In this document: piece by piece, positions 10,192 through 19,714 of the stretch | Layout: each line of letters opens with the position of its first letter | Position numbering within the stretch: position 1 is the stretch's first letter | Assembly (NCBI GenBank): GCA_036507635.1 | Contig: DATCIQ010000003.1 | Coordinates: 1 to 55,512 of the forward strand | DNA length: 55,512 bases | Reading direction: 5' to 3' | From: Gammaproteobacteria bacterium | GTDB taxonomy: Bacteria; Pseudomonadota; Gammaproteobacteria; Steroidobacterales; Rariloculaceae | The notes under the pieces: model-generated | What the model was told of the DNA's origin: nothing | The model's input: only the letters and a program-made list of their open reading frames with translations | The model's database searches: none | Translations under genes and position numbers: made by a program

Positions 10192-12825
10192 ATGAACATG
10201 TCCCTGCATCGTGCGCTTGTCGATCACAGCGTAGATACGCCTTACCCGGACTCGCGCTGGGTCGTCATGAAATTCGGCGGCAAAAGTGTCGCGACCGCCG
10301 ACAACTGGACCAAGATCGCGGGCCTCTTGCGCGACCGCCTCGATGAGGACGTCACGCCGGTCGTCTGTCATTCCGCGCTGGCCGGCGTGTCGAACGCTTT
10401 GATCGCGCTTCTCGACTTGGCGGTCGCCGGCGGCTCGACCGAGGATGCGCTCGACGCGATCGTCGATCAGCATCGGGCACTCGCTCACGATCTCAAGATC
10501 GATCCAACCGTCACCGACGAGATTTTTGCGGCTGTCGGTGAGCTCGTGGCGGGCGCGAAGCTCGTCGGCGAGGTCAGCCCTCGAGTTCATGCGCGAGTGC
10601 TTGCGAGCGGCGAGCTTGCCGCGACGAAGCTCGGCGTCGAGTACTTGCGCACGCAAGGCTTGCCAGCTCAGTGGCTCGATGCGCGCGAGCTGCTGCAAAG
10701 CACGGCCAGCAAGGATCAGACCGAGCGGGCGCGTTTCTTGTCCGCGCGCTGCGGCTTCGATCCCGACCCCGGGCTCGAATCCCGCCTCGTGGGGCTCGAC
10801 GGCTTCGCCGTCACGCAAGGCTTCATCGCGCGCAATGAGTCCGGCGAGACCGTGTTGCTCGGGCGCGGCGGCTCGGACACCTCGAGTGCGTACCTCGCAG
10901 GTAAGCTCCGCGCACGCCGCCTCGAGATTTGGACCGACGTGCCGGGCTTCTACAGCGCCGACCCGCGCGCCGTGCCGTCCGCGCGCTTGATTCGGAGCCT
11001 CCACTATCAAGAAGCCCAGGAAATCGCGTCGGCCGGGGGCGGCATTCTGCATCCGCGCAGCATCTCTCCGGTGCGCAACTCAGGAATCCCGCTGTTTCTT
11101 AAATGTACCGCCCATCCCGAATGGGAGGGTAGTGTGATCTCGAATGCCGTCGACGACGGCATGCCCCAGCTCAAGGCCATTTCGCATCGCAGCGGCATCA
11201 CGCTCGTCTCCATGGAATCGATGGAAATGTGGCATCAGGTCGGGTTTCTCGCCGATGCCTTCGAATGCTTTCGCAAGCACGGCATCTCGGTCGACTTGAT
11301 ATCGACTTCGGAAAGCAACGTCACGGTCTCGATCGACGTCGGCGCCAACGTGACCGACCACACCGGCGTCGAGAAACTTGCCGAGGATCTAAGACGTCTG
11401 TGTCGCGTGACCGTGATCAAGGACTGCGCGGCGATCACGCTCGTCGGCCGGCGCATCCGCACGATACTGCACGAGCTCGGTCCGGTGCTCGAAGTTTTCC
11501 AAGAGCAGCGCGTACACCTCGTGACGCAGGCCGCCAACGATTTGAACCTCACGTTCGTGGTCAGCTCCGAGCACGCTTACAGGCTGGTACAGCGCTTGCA
11601 CGGCCTCCTCGTCGACAAGTTCGAGGGCGGCGTATTCGGCAAGACGTGGGAGCAGCTTGTGAGCCCCGCCGCAGAAACCGAGCGTGCGGCGCGGACCGTT
11701 CCTTGGTGGGTCACGCGGCGCACGGAGCTCATTGCCATCGCGGAGGCGCGCGGGTCGGCATACGTCTACGACCGTGCGAGTATCGAACGGGCCATCAAAT
11801 CGCTGCAATCGCTGCGCTCCATAGACGCCGTCTTCTACGCGATGAAGGCCAACGCCAATCGGGAGATCTTGAAGCTCGCGCATGGTCTCGGGGCCAACTT
11901 CGAGTGTGTCTCGCCCGGCGAGATCAGGCGCGTGCTCGAGCTATACCCCAAGCTCGATCGGCACCGCATCTTGTTCACACCGAACTTTGCGCCGCGCGGC
12001 GAATACGAATGGGCCCTCGAGCAGGGGGTATGGCTCACGCTCGACAATTTGTTCGTGTTGCGCGAGTGGGGGCACCTCTTCAAGAACCGCGAGCTCTTCA
12101 TCCGCATCGATACCGGACAAGGGCGGGGGCATCACGAGCATGTACGCACGGCCGGGATGCACTCCAAGTTCGGTGTTCCGTTGTTCGAAATGGATGAGCT
12201 CGGCAAGCTCGTCAAGAAGAGCGGCGCGCGCGTCGTCGGCCTGCACGCCCATACGGGCAGCGGCGTGCTCGCCGCGGAGGCTTGGCGGGCGACGGGCGAG
12301 CAGCTGCTGGAGCTCACCAGAGCGTTTCCGGACGTCCGCTACATCGACTTGGGCGGCGGGCTCGGTGTGCCCGAGAAACCGGGCCAAGTGCCGCTCGATC
12401 TCGACGACCTCGACACGCTGCTCGCGGGCATCAAGACGAGCTGCGGCGACCGCGAGCTGTGGCTCGAACCCGGCCGCTACATCGTGGCCCAAGCCGGCGT
12501 TCTGTTGACGCGAGTCACGCAAACCAAGGGAAAGGGCGCCATGCAATACGTCGGCGTCAACGCAGGCATGAACGCGCTGATTCGGCCCGCTCTGTACGGC
12601 GCCTATCACGAGATCGTGAATCTGTCCCGGCTCGGCCGGCCGGCGACGGAAATCGTGACGGTCGTCGGTCCCATCTGCGAGACCGGCGATCGCCTCGGCT
12701 CCGATCGGCTCATGCCGCCTTCGGCTGAAGGCGACGTGATCCTCGTCGCGAATGCCGGCGCCTACGGTTACGTCATGAGCTCGCGCTACAACCTGCGTGA
12801 GTTTCTCGACGAGGTGCTGGTGTAG
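10192..12825 (+). CDS. Bifunctional aspartate kinase / diaminopimelate decarboxylase (LysC-LysA fusion)
   Basis: 877 aa. The N-terminal half has VVMKFGGKSV and ACT-like regions (aspartokinase). The C-terminal half has AVFYAMKANAN, HAHTGSG, DLGGGLGV and CETGD (PLP-dependent DAP decarboxylase). Confidence 0.9.
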   Translation: MNMSLHRALVDHSVDTPYPDSRWVVMKFGGKSVATADNWTKIAGLLRDRLDEDVTPVVCHSALAGVSNALIALLDLAVAGGSTEDALDAIVDQHRALAHDLKIDPTVTDEIFAAVGELVAGAKLVGEVSPRVHARVLASGELAATKLGVEYLRTQGLPAQWLDARELLQSTASKDQTERARFLSARCGFDPDPGLESRLVGLDGFAVTQGFIARNESGETVLLGRGGSDTSSAYLAGKLRARRLEIWTDVPGFYSADPRAVPSARLIRSLHYQEAQEIASAGGGILHPRSISPVRNSGIPLFLKCTAHPEWEGSVISNAVDDGMPQLKAISHRSGITLVSMESMEMWHQVGFLADAFECFRKHGISVDLISTSESNVTVSIDVGANVTDHTGVEKLAEDLRRLCRVTVIKDCAAITLVGRRIRTILHELGPVLEVFQEQRVHLVTQAANDLNLTFVVSSEHAYRLVQRLHGLLVDKFEGGVFGKTWEQLVSPAAETERAARTVPWWVTRRTELIAIAEARGSAYVYDRASIERAIKSLQSLRSIDAVFYAMKANANREILKLAHGLGANFECVSPGEIRRVLELYPKLDRHRILFTPNFAPRGEYEWALEQGVWLTLDNLFVLREWGHLFKNRELFIRIDTGQGRGHHEHVRTAGMHSKFGVPLFEMDELGKLVKKSGARVVGLHAHTGSGVLAAEAWRATGEQLLELTRAFPDVRYIDLGGGLGVPEKPGQVPLDLDDLDTLLAGIKTSCGDRELWLEPGRYIVAQAGVLLTRVTQTKGKGAMQYVGVNAGMNALIRPALYGAYHEIVNLSRLGRPATEIVTVVGPICETGDRLGSDRLMPPSAEGDVILVANAGAYGYVMSSRYNLREFLDEVLV

Positions 12826-12838
12826 GTAGGAGCGAGGG

Positions 12839-12921
12839 TAATTGGGGACAGTTTACCTATTTCCGTTTGCTTCGCTGGTTCGCCAAGACGCGAAGAGAAA
12901 TAGGTAAACTGTCCCCAATTA
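12839..12921. repeat. Long hairpin element: perfect 25-bp inverted repeat with a 33-nt spacer
   Basis: TAATTGGGGACAGTTTACCTATTTC (12839-12863) is the exact reverse complement of GAAATAGGTAAACTGTCCCCAATTA (12897-12921). An inner CTTCGC/GCGAAG pair extends the stem. It lies between convergent lysC-lysA and hisE. Confidence 0.85.
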
Positions 12922-12945
12922 CACGTGCGTGCCCAATTACACGTG
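12911..12945. repeat. Near-tandem 17-mer duplication (GTCCCCAATTACACGTG / GTGCCCAATTACACGTG)
   Basis: Two copies (12911-12927 and 12929-12945) differ by 1 mismatch. Copy 1 overlaps the right arm of the hairpin element and copy 2 contains the hisE stop codon (12937-12939). Confidence 0.8.
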
Positions 12946-13224
12946 GCGTCTCTCGAGCGCCGCCACGACATCGTCGAACGCGATGCCGCGCAATGCGAGC
13001 AGCACCAGCATGTGATAAACGAGGTCCGCAGCCTCTTCGGTGACACGGATGTCGTCTTCGGCCACCGCCGCGAGCGCGAGCTCGATGGCTTCCTCGCCGA
13101 GCTTTTGCGCAACCTTGACAGGTCCCTGTGCCGCGAGGCGCGCCGTGTAGCTTCCGGGCGAGGCGGCGGCCAAACGGTCGCGGATCACCGCTTGTAATGT
13201 TTCGAGGAACTCAAGATTGCTCAC
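12937..13224 (-). CDS. hisE: Phosphoribosyl-ATP pyrophosphatase (stand-alone HisE)
   Basis: 95 aa. SYTARLAAQGPVKVAQKLGEEAIELALAA...EEAADLVYHMLVLL is the typical MazG-like HisE. Confidence 0.92.
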   Translation of the reverse strand: MSNLEFLETLQAVIRDRLAAASPGSYTARLAAQGPVKVAQKLGEEAIELALAAVAEDDIRVTEEAADLVYHMLVLLALRGIAFDDVVAALERRHV

Positions 13225-13233
13225 GGCCGACTC

Positions 13234-14010
13234 CTAGGTCGCGGGAGGCCGTATCGCAACGCCGGCCTCCATGAGATAGCGCTTGAGCTTAGGGATTGCG
13301 ATCGCCGCCGAATGAAACACGCTCGCGGCGAGCGCCGCGTCGACACGCGTGCGCTCGAACACGTCCTTGAAATGCTCCATGGTCCCGGCGCCGCCGGAGG
13401 CGACCAGCGGCACGCGGCACGCGGCGCGCACGAGCATCAATTGGGCCAAGTCATAGCCCTCGCGGACGCCATCCTGATTCATGCAGTTCAAGACGATCTC
13501 GCCGGCACCGCGGTCTTGAGCCTCGCGTAACCAATCGAGGGTGCGCCTTCGGCTTGCACGCATGCGGGCCGGGTCGCCCGTGTTCTGAAAAACGTGGTAG
13601 TCGCCTTCTTGTTGCAGCGAGTCTATGCCGATGACGATGCATTGCGAGCCGAAGCGGCGCACGAGCTCGTCGATGAGGTTCGGGTTCTCGAGCGCCGGAG
13701 TATTCACCGAGATCTTCTCGGCGCCGAAATTGAGCACGGCCTCGGCATCCGCGATCGTTCGTATGCCGCCTGCGACACAGAACGGAATATCGAGCACAGC
13801 GGCCACGCGATTGACCCACGTGCGATCGACGGTGCGCCCGTCGGGACTCGCGGTGATGTCGTAGAAAACCACCTCGTCGGCGCCTTCGTCGCGGTAACGC
13901 TCGGCGAGCTCGAGAATATCGCCCATCACCCGGTGGTCGCGAAAGCGGACGCCTTTGACGACGACGCCGTCGCGTACGTCCAAACAGGGGATTATGCGTT
14001 TGGCAAGAAT
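13234..14010 (-). CDS. hisF: Imidazole glycerol phosphate synthase cyclase subunit, with an ATT start proposed
   Basis: The ORF-track version starts at TTG 13983 inside the conserved CLDV motif. The in-frame upstream codons encode ILAKRIIPC, matching the canonical HisF N-terminus [12 protein letters not shown]. There is no ATG/GTG/TTG back to the stop. ATT at 14010 is preceded by GAGGAG at 8 nt. Confidence 0.85.
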   Translation of the reverse strand: MLAKRIIPCLDVRDGVVVKGVRFRDHRVMGDILELAERYRDEGADEVVFYDITASPDGRTVDRTWVNRVAAVLDIPFCVAGGIRTIADAEAVLNFGAEKISVNTPALENPNLIDELVRRFGSQCIVIGIDSLQQEGDYHVFQNTGDPARMRASRRRTLDWLREAQDRGAGEIVLNCMNQDGVREGYDLAQLMLVRAACRVPLVASGGAGTMEHFKDVFERTRVDAALAASVFHSAAIAIPKLKRYLMEAGVAIRPPAT

Positions 14011-14729
14011 CGGCGTAGCTCCTCGTCCGTCAAACGATCCTCGAGCAGCGCTTTGCCCGAGATTGCGGCCGCAACGCCGGTCGCCGCCAGGGCCGCGAGA
14101 TCGCGGCTGTCGCGTACACCGCCCGACGCTTGAAACTTGAGCTCCGGCCAGCGCTTCACGCAGTCATGGTAGAGCTCGAGGTTCGGTCCCGTGAGAGCGC
14201 CGTCCCGCTCGACGTCCGTGCACAGGACATGGCGGATACCGGCGCCCGCATACTTATCGATGGCCGCATGGAGCGACGTGCTGGTGGACTTGGTCCAGCC
14301 GTGGGTCGTCACGTACGGAACGCCGTCCCCTGCAAAGCGCACGTCGAACCCGAGCACGATCCGTTCGGCGCCGAGATCGGCGGCCCACGCTGCCACCTCC
14401 TCGGGGTGGGTGACGGCGCGGCTGCCGATCACTAGGCGCTCGGCGAAGCGCCCCGCGGCATCGAGGCTCGCGCGGTGGCGGAGGCCACCGCCGAGCTGGA
14501 TGCGTAACCCGTGCATAGCGGCGATCTCGCGGATCAGCTCGGCGTTCGCCGGCCGGCCGGAAGCCGCTCCGTCGAGGTCGACCACGTGCAGCCATTCGGC
14601 ACCGAGCGCACGGTAGCGCGCCGCGACACTGCGCGGATCGACGTCGTAACGCGTCTCGCGATCGAAATCGCCTTGCAGCAGGCGCACGCAACGCCCGTCG
14701 CGAATATCGAGTGCCGGAACGAGCTGCAT
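13992..14729 (-). CDS. hisA: 1-(5-phosphoribosyl)-5-[(5-phosphoribosylamino)methylideneamino]imidazole-4-carboxamide isomerase
   Basis: [22 protein letters not shown]..., 245 aa. The longer 436-aa ORF is an artefactual upstream extension. Confidence 0.93.
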   Translation of the reverse strand: MQLVPALDIRDGRCVRLLQGDFDRETRYDVDPRSVAARYRALGAEWLHVVDLDGAASGRPANAELIREIAAMHGLRIQLGGGLRHRASLDAAGRFAERLVIGSRAVTHPEEVAAWAADLGAERIVLGFDVRFAGDGVPYVTTHGWTKSTSTSLHAAIDKYAGAGIRHVLCTDVERDGALTGPNLELYHDCVKRWPELKFQASGGVRDSRDLAALAATGVAAAISGKALLEDRLTDEELRRFLPNA

Positions 14730-14734
14730 GGCCG

Positions 14735-15331
14735 TCAGAGCTTCACGAAATTTGCGAGTATGCGTGCGCCGACGGCCGCCGAGCGCTCCGGGTGAAACTG
14801 CGTGCCGAAAAAATTGTCCTGCTCGATGACGGCCGAAAAGGCGCCGCCGTAGTCGGCGATGGCGCACGTGTATGGGCCGACGGGCGCCGCGTAGCTGTGC
14901 ACGAAATAGGCGTACCCCCCGGCGGGAATGCCTGAGAGCAACGGCGACTCGGCGGTCGAATGCAGGTCGTTCCAGCCCATTTGCGGAATCGGCAAATCGG
15001 GTCGCTCCGGGAAACGCCGCACGCGCGCGGGAATGACTCCGAGACAAGGCGTCTCTTCTTCGTCGGAGGCGGCGAACAGCACCTGCATGCCGAGGCAGAT
15101 TCCGAGCACCGGTTGCGTCAAGGTCGGCACGAGCTCGACGAACCCGGCGCTCGCGAGGCGCGCCATCGCGTCTCTGGCCGCACCGACGCCCGGCAGCACG
15201 ACGTGGCTCGCGCGGCGCACGCGGTCGGGGTCCTCGCTGATCGGTGCATCGATGCCGAGACGCGCGAACGCGAACGTGAGCGACGCGAGATTGGCGCCGC
15301 AACAGCCGATGATGACGGGCTCGCAGGTCAC
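14735..15331 (-). CDS. hisH: Imidazole glycerol phosphate synthase glutamine amidotransferase subunit
   Basis: The GTG start overlaps the hisB stop (GTGA). GICLGMQVL contains the catalytic Cys and FHPERS contains the His. Confidence 0.92.
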   Translation of the reverse strand: MTCEPVIIGCCGANLASLTFAFARLGIDAPISEDPDRVRRASHVVLPGVGAARDAMARLASAGFVELVPTLTQPVLGICLGMQVLFAASDEEETPCLGVIPARVRRFPERPDLPIPQMGWNDLHSTAESPLLSGIPAGGYAYFVHSYAAPVGPYTCAIADYGGAFSAVIEQDNFFGTQFHPERSAAVGARILANFVKL

Positions 15332-16404
15332 AGTTGCCCCTTCGTCGACGGCAACGTGACGCCGCTCCGCGCGAACGCCTGGCGCAGCGCGCGGGCGACG
15401 CCTTTGAAGCATGCTTCGATCATGTGGTGCGTGTTGTCGCCGCGCACGCGAATCTGGATAGCGGCGCCGAGCGTGTCCGCAAGCGAGCGGAAAAAGTGCG
15501 GCACGAGCTCCGTGGGCAAGCCGCCTATCTGGTCGCGGGGGAAGCGCCCCTCGAATACGAGGTAGGCGCGACCGCCTAGATCGATCGCAACCTCGGCGGC
15601 CGCCTCGTCCATCGGCAGCACGAAGCCGTAGCGCTGGATGCCGCGCTTGTCGCCCAACGCCGCACGCAGCGCCTGGCCCACCGCCAGGGCGACGTCCTCG
15701 ACGGTGTGGTGCTCGTCGACGCCGAGGTCGCCGCGGCAGTGGACAGCCAGCGCGAATCCGCCGTGCTTGCCGAGCTGCTCGAGCATGTGATCGAAGAATC
15801 CGATGCCTGTTGTGATGTCTGGGTCGGCCTCGCGGTCGAGATCGACATCGACCGTGATCGCCGTTTCGCGCGTGCCGCGCGCGATGCGCGCCGTGCGCGG
15901 TGCGTCGAGCAAGGCGTGCGCGATCCCGGCCCAGGTCGCGGCCCAAACCTCACTGTCGGCTGCGATCTTGAAGCCACGCAAGCCCATGTTTCGGGCCAGC
16001 TCCATGTCCGAGTCGCGGTCGCCGACGACGGCGGAGGCACGGCGATCCAAGACGCCGTCGCCAAGATAGCCGCTCACCAAGCCCACTCGCGGCTTGCGGC
16101 AGTCGCAGGCCGCGGCGGGCATATGCGGGCAGAACAGAGCTTGTGCGAACTCGATGCCCTGCGATGCGAATAGCGTGCGGACGAATGCTTGAACGGCATC
16201 GAAAGGAGCGCGCGGGAACTCGGGCGTGCCGAGCCCTTCTTGATTGCTGACGATCACGAGCTCGTAGCCGGCCGCGATGAACTTGAGCAACGCCGGGACG
16301 ACGTCCGGCACGAGCTCGAGCTTTTCGAAGCTGTCGACGCGGCCGTCATCGGGCTCGACGATGAGCGTGCCGTCGCGATCGAGAAACAGAATCTTACGGC
16401 TCAC
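15328..16404 (-). CDS. hisB: Bifunctional histidinol-phosphatase / imidazoleglycerol-phosphate dehydratase
   Basis: 358 aa. N-terminal HAD motif FLDRDGTLI and C-terminal IGPD motifs (GFFDHML, DEHHTVEDVA, GDNTHH). Confidence 0.95.
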   Translation of the reverse strand: MSRKILFLDRDGTLIVEPDDGRVDSFEKLELVPDVVPALLKFIAAGYELVIVSNQEGLGTPEFPRAPFDAVQAFVRTLFASQGIEFAQALFCPHMPAAACDCRKPRVGLVSGYLGDGVLDRRASAVVGDRDSDMELARNMGLRGFKIAADSEVWAATWAGIAHALLDAPRTARIARGTRETAITVDVDLDREADPDITTGIGFFDHMLEQLGKHGGFALAVHCRGDLGVDEHHTVEDVALAVGQALRAALGDKRGIQRYGFVLPMDEAAAEVAIDLGGRAYLVFEGRFPRDQIGGLPTELVPHFFRSLADTLGAAIQIRVRGDNTHHMIEACFKGVARALRQAFARSGVTLPSTKGQL

Positions 16405-17470
16405 GCATTTGCTCCGCGCGCGAAAACGCTTGCAGCAGCCGGTCGTTGTCTTCAGGGCGTCCGACCGTGATTCTCACGCAGTTGACGAGGGCGCGTTCCG
16501 CCGGGAACGTGCGCACGAGGATGCCGGCCTTGCGCGCTGTCTCGGTAAAGCGTGCGGCTTCCCGGACCTCGATGAGCACGAAATTGGCGTCGCTCGGATA
16601 CACCTTGAGCACGTCCGGGAGATCGAGCAGCGCGTCAGCGAGCCGCCGGCGCTCGCGCTTGAGCGTTCCGATGCGCTCATCGGCGATTCTGAGCGAGTCG
16701 GGCGTAAGCGCCGCCACCACGAGCTCGATCGAAGGAGTGGGGAAGGTGTACGGGGGCAGCACGTTGCCCAGGAAATCGATGACCTCGCGGGCGGCGACCA
16801 CGGCGCCGCAGCGTGCGCCCGCGAGCGCGACGTACTTCGAAAGCGTCCGGAGCAGCACGACGTGCTCGTAGCGCCGGCGCAGGTCGAGAAAGTCGTGACC
16901 CGCGAACTCGTGATAGGCCTCGTCGATGACGACGAGGGTCCGGCCCGCGAGCGCTGCGCACAAGGCTTCGACATCGCGGCGCGGCACCGAGCAGCCCGTC
17001 GGGTTGTTCGGCGAGCATACGAAGACGATCTTCGTGCGCTCCGTGACGGCGCCCTGCACGCGATCGACCTCGAGGGCGAAATCGCGCTCCTTGACGAGCG
17101 GCACGCCGATGACTTCCGCGCCCTGAATGCCCGCGTACAGGCGATACATGTCGAACGTCGGCGGACAAATGAGGATTTGGTCCTGGCCCGCGCGGCAGAA
17201 TCCGCGGATCAGCACGTCGATCGCTTCGCTGCTACCGCGGGTCACGAGCAGCTCGTCCTCCGACGTCCCGTAATGCTTCGCAAGCGCGTCGCGCAGCGCG
17301 ATCGGCCGCGGGGGAGGGTAGACGTTCAAGCCGCGCTCGGTTTTGTCCCCGGGCAGACGCCACGGCGATTCGTTCGCGTTGAGCCTAAGCAGTCCGGGCT
17401 CGTAGGCACCGGGCGTATAGGGGCGAAGCTTGCGCAACTCGGGCCGCGCCAAGTCGAGGACGGAGCTCAC
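16394..17470 (-). CDS. hisC: Histidinol-phosphate aminotransferase
   Basis: The GTG start overlaps the hisD stop (GTGA). LNANESPW, NPNNPTG and RTLSKYVALAGARCG (PLP lysine) are present. Confidence 0.92.
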   Translation of the reverse strand: MSSVLDLARPELRKLRPYTPGAYEPGLLRLNANESPWRLPGDKTERGLNVYPPPRPIALRDALAKHYGTSEDELLVTRGSSEAIDVLIRGFCRAGQDQILICPPTFDMYRLYAGIQGAEVIGVPLVKERDFALEVDRVQGAVTERTKIVFVCSPNNPTGCSVPRRDVEALCAALAGRTLVVIDEAYHEFAGHDFLDLRRRYEHVVLLRTLSKYVALAGARCGAVVAAREVIDFLGNVLPPYTFPTPSIELVVAALTPDSLRIADERIGTLKRERRRLADALLDLPDVLKVYPSDANFVLIEVREAARFTETARKAGILVRTFPAERALVNCVRITVGRPEDNDRLLQAFSRAEQMREP

Positions 17471-18783
17471 GACGGTTCTCCGGCGGCATGGCTCGAGCTC
17501 AAGCGTCGCAAGACGGCCTCCGCATGCGCGTCGAGGCCCTCGAGGCGGGCAAGGGTGACGGCCACGGGTCCGATGTTCTCGAGGCCCTCGCGGCTCAGCT
17601 CCTGGACCGTCATGGCGCGCAGGAAATCGCCGACGCCGAGGCTCGAATAGCGATGCGCATAGCCGTAGGTCGGCAATACGTGGTTCGTGCCGCTGCAATA
17701 GTCGCCGACCGACTCGGGCGCCCAAGTGCCGAGAAACACGGAACCGGCCGATTGCACGCCGTCGAGCCAGAGACGCGGACTCTCGACCTGCAGAATCAAG
17801 TGCTCGGGTGCATAAGCGTTCGCAAGCTCGAGGGCTTCCGCTACGTCGTCGACGACGACGATGCTCGAGTGTGCGAGCGCCCCGTCGATGGCCTTACGGC
17901 GCAGGAGCTTGAGCTTCTGCTCATCGATCGCGCGCATCACGGCGTAGCCTAGCGTCGCGCTCGTAGTAACCAACACGACCTGAGAATCGGCGCCGTGCTC
18001 GGCTTGGGAAAGGAGATCCGCAGCGACGAAATCCGCCCGGGCCCTTGCGTCGGCGATGACGAGCACTTCCGACGGACCGGCCGGATAGTCGCGCGCCGCG
18101 CCTTCCGGATCTCGCTCGACTTGCGCCTTCGCTTCCGTGACCCACACGCTGCCGGGACCGAAGACCTTGTCGACTTTCGGAACGCTGGCCGTGCCGTAGG
18201 CCATGGCCGCAATCGCCTGCGCGCCGCCGATCTTGAACACGCGCGCGATCCCGCTCGTCTGCGCCGCATAGAGCACGGCAGGATCGACGCTGCCGTCGGC
18301 TCGGGGAGGGCTGCAGAGGATACGCACGGGACAACCGGCGAGCCGGGCCGGGATGCCGAGCATGAGCGCCGTCGACGGCAGCGGCGCGGAGCCCGCCGGC
18401 ACGTACAGCCCGACGCTGCGTAACGGGCGCCACACGCGCTCGCACGAGACACCGGGTGCCGTCTCGATGCGGAGCGGCGCCGGCAGCTGTGCGCGGTGAA
18501 ACGTCTCGATATTCGCGGCCGCGGCACGGATCGCCTGCTTCGCTGCCGCGTCGAGCCGTGCTTCGGCGGAGGGAAACTCCGCGGCCGTGACTTCGAGAGC
18601 GCCCACCCGTGCGCCGTCGAGCTCTTGGGCGAGCTCGACGAGCGCGCGGTCGCCGTCCGCTCGCACGCGCTCGATGATGCCCGCGACCTTGGCTCTAACG
18701 CTCGCGTCGTCGGCGAGCGCGGGGCGGCTCAACACGCGGCGGCGCTCCGCGGGACCGAGCTCGTTCCAAACGTAGAGCTGCAT
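17467..18783 (-). CDS. hisD: Histidinol dehydrogenase
   Basis: 438 aa with AGPSEVLVIAD, LLSQAEHG and GDYCSGTNHVLPT motifs. Confidence 0.95.
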   Translation of the reverse strand: MQLYVWNELGPAERRRVLSRPALADDASVRAKVAGIIERVRADGDRALVELAQELDGARVGALEVTAAEFPSAEARLDAAAKQAIRAAAANIETFHRAQLPAPLRIETAPGVSCERVWRPLRSVGLYVPAGSAPLPSTALMLGIPARLAGCPVRILCSPPRADGSVDPAVLYAAQTSGIARVFKIGGAQAIAAMAYGTASVPKVDKVFGPGSVWVTEAKAQVERDPEGAARDYPAGPSEVLVIADARARADFVAADLLSQAEHGADSQVVLVTTSATLGYAVMRAIDEQKLKLLRRKAIDGALAHSSIVVVDDVAEALELANAYAPEHLILQVESPRLWLDGVQSAGSVFLGTWAPESVGDYCSGTNHVLPTYGYAHRYSSLGVGDFLRAMTVQELSREGLENIGPVAVTLARLEGLDAHAEAVLRRLSSSHAAGEPS

Positions 18784-18792
18784 GGCCGTTCC

Positions 18793-19692
18793 CTATTCGA
18801 GCATCTTCTCGACCGGCAGCACGAGCATCGAGCTCGCGCCGGCCTCTTTGAGTTGCTCGAGCGTCTCCCAGAACACGTTCTCACGGCACACGGCATGCAC
18901 GGCGACTTTGTCGTCGCGACCCTCGAGCGGCATGATGGTCGGCGCCTCACTGCCCGGCAGCAGCGCCGTAATGGCCTTGAGCGCCGAGCGCGGCGCATGC
19001 AGCATGATGTACTTGCTCTCCTTGACCTGCAGCACGCCTTGAACGCGTTGCAGTAAGCGCCGCATCCACCGCTCTTTGCCGGCGGGAACCTCGACCGGCG
19101 TCTGAATCAACACCGCGCGGCTTTGCAGGATCGTCTCGGCTTCCTTGAGATCGTGCGCTTTGAGCGTCGCCCCGCTCGAAACGAGATCGCAAATGAGATC
19201 TGCTTTGCCCAAGCTCGGCGCGATCTCGACGGCGCCCGCGAACTCGACGACTTGGGCGCCGATGCCGGCGCGCTCGAGATAGTCCGCAACGATGCGTGGA
19301 TAGGTCGTCGCAATGCGCGTGTTCTTAAGCGATTGCGGCCCGCCATACTCGAAACCCGGCGGTGTAGCGAAAGACAGGCGGCAGTGACCGAAATCCAACG
19401 GCGTTACTTGCGCAAACAGCTTCGTGATACCCCGCGCTTGCATGCGTAGTCGGCACTCCTCGATGATGTTGAGCCCGACGATGCCTAGATCGCAGACGTC
19501 GTCCTGAACGAGCCCCGGAATGTCGTCGTCGCGCACCAACAGCACGTCGATCGGCATGTTTTCGCCGTAACAGATGAGCTGATCTCTGCCGCGCGAGTAA
19601 CTGAGCCCGCAACGCGTCAAGAGCTCCATCGAGTGCTCCGTGAGTCGCCCGGATTTCTGCACGGCGATCTTGATGCGCGGCTCGGTTTCCAT
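18793..19692 (-). CDS. hisG: ATP phosphoribosyltransferase (long form)
   Basis: METEPRIKIAVQKSGRL...DLVSSGATL, 299 aa from the ATG at 19692. The 323-aa ORF is an N-terminal over-extension. Confidence 0.92.
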   Translation of the reverse strand: METEPRIKIAVQKSGRLTEHSMELLTRCGLSYSRGRDQLICYGENMPIDVLLVRDDDIPGLVQDDVCDLGIVGLNIIEECRLRMQARGITKLFAQVTPLDFGHCRLSFATPPGFEYGGPQSLKNTRIATTYPRIVADYLERAGIGAQVVEFAGAVEIAPSLGKADLICDLVSSGATLKAHDLKEAETILQSRAVLIQTPVEVPAGKERWMRRLLQRVQGVLQVKESKYIMLHAPRSALKAITALLPGSEAPTIMPLEGRDDKVAVHAVCRENVFWETLEQLKEAGASSMLVLPVEKMLE

Positions 19693-19714
19693 GTGATCGG
19701 CTTCCGAGACCGCT

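Noticed and set aside
16277-17650. 457-aa plus-strand ORF antisense to hisC/hisB
   Set aside because: It lies opposite well-supported his genes, has no motifs, and shows GC-frame artefact composition.
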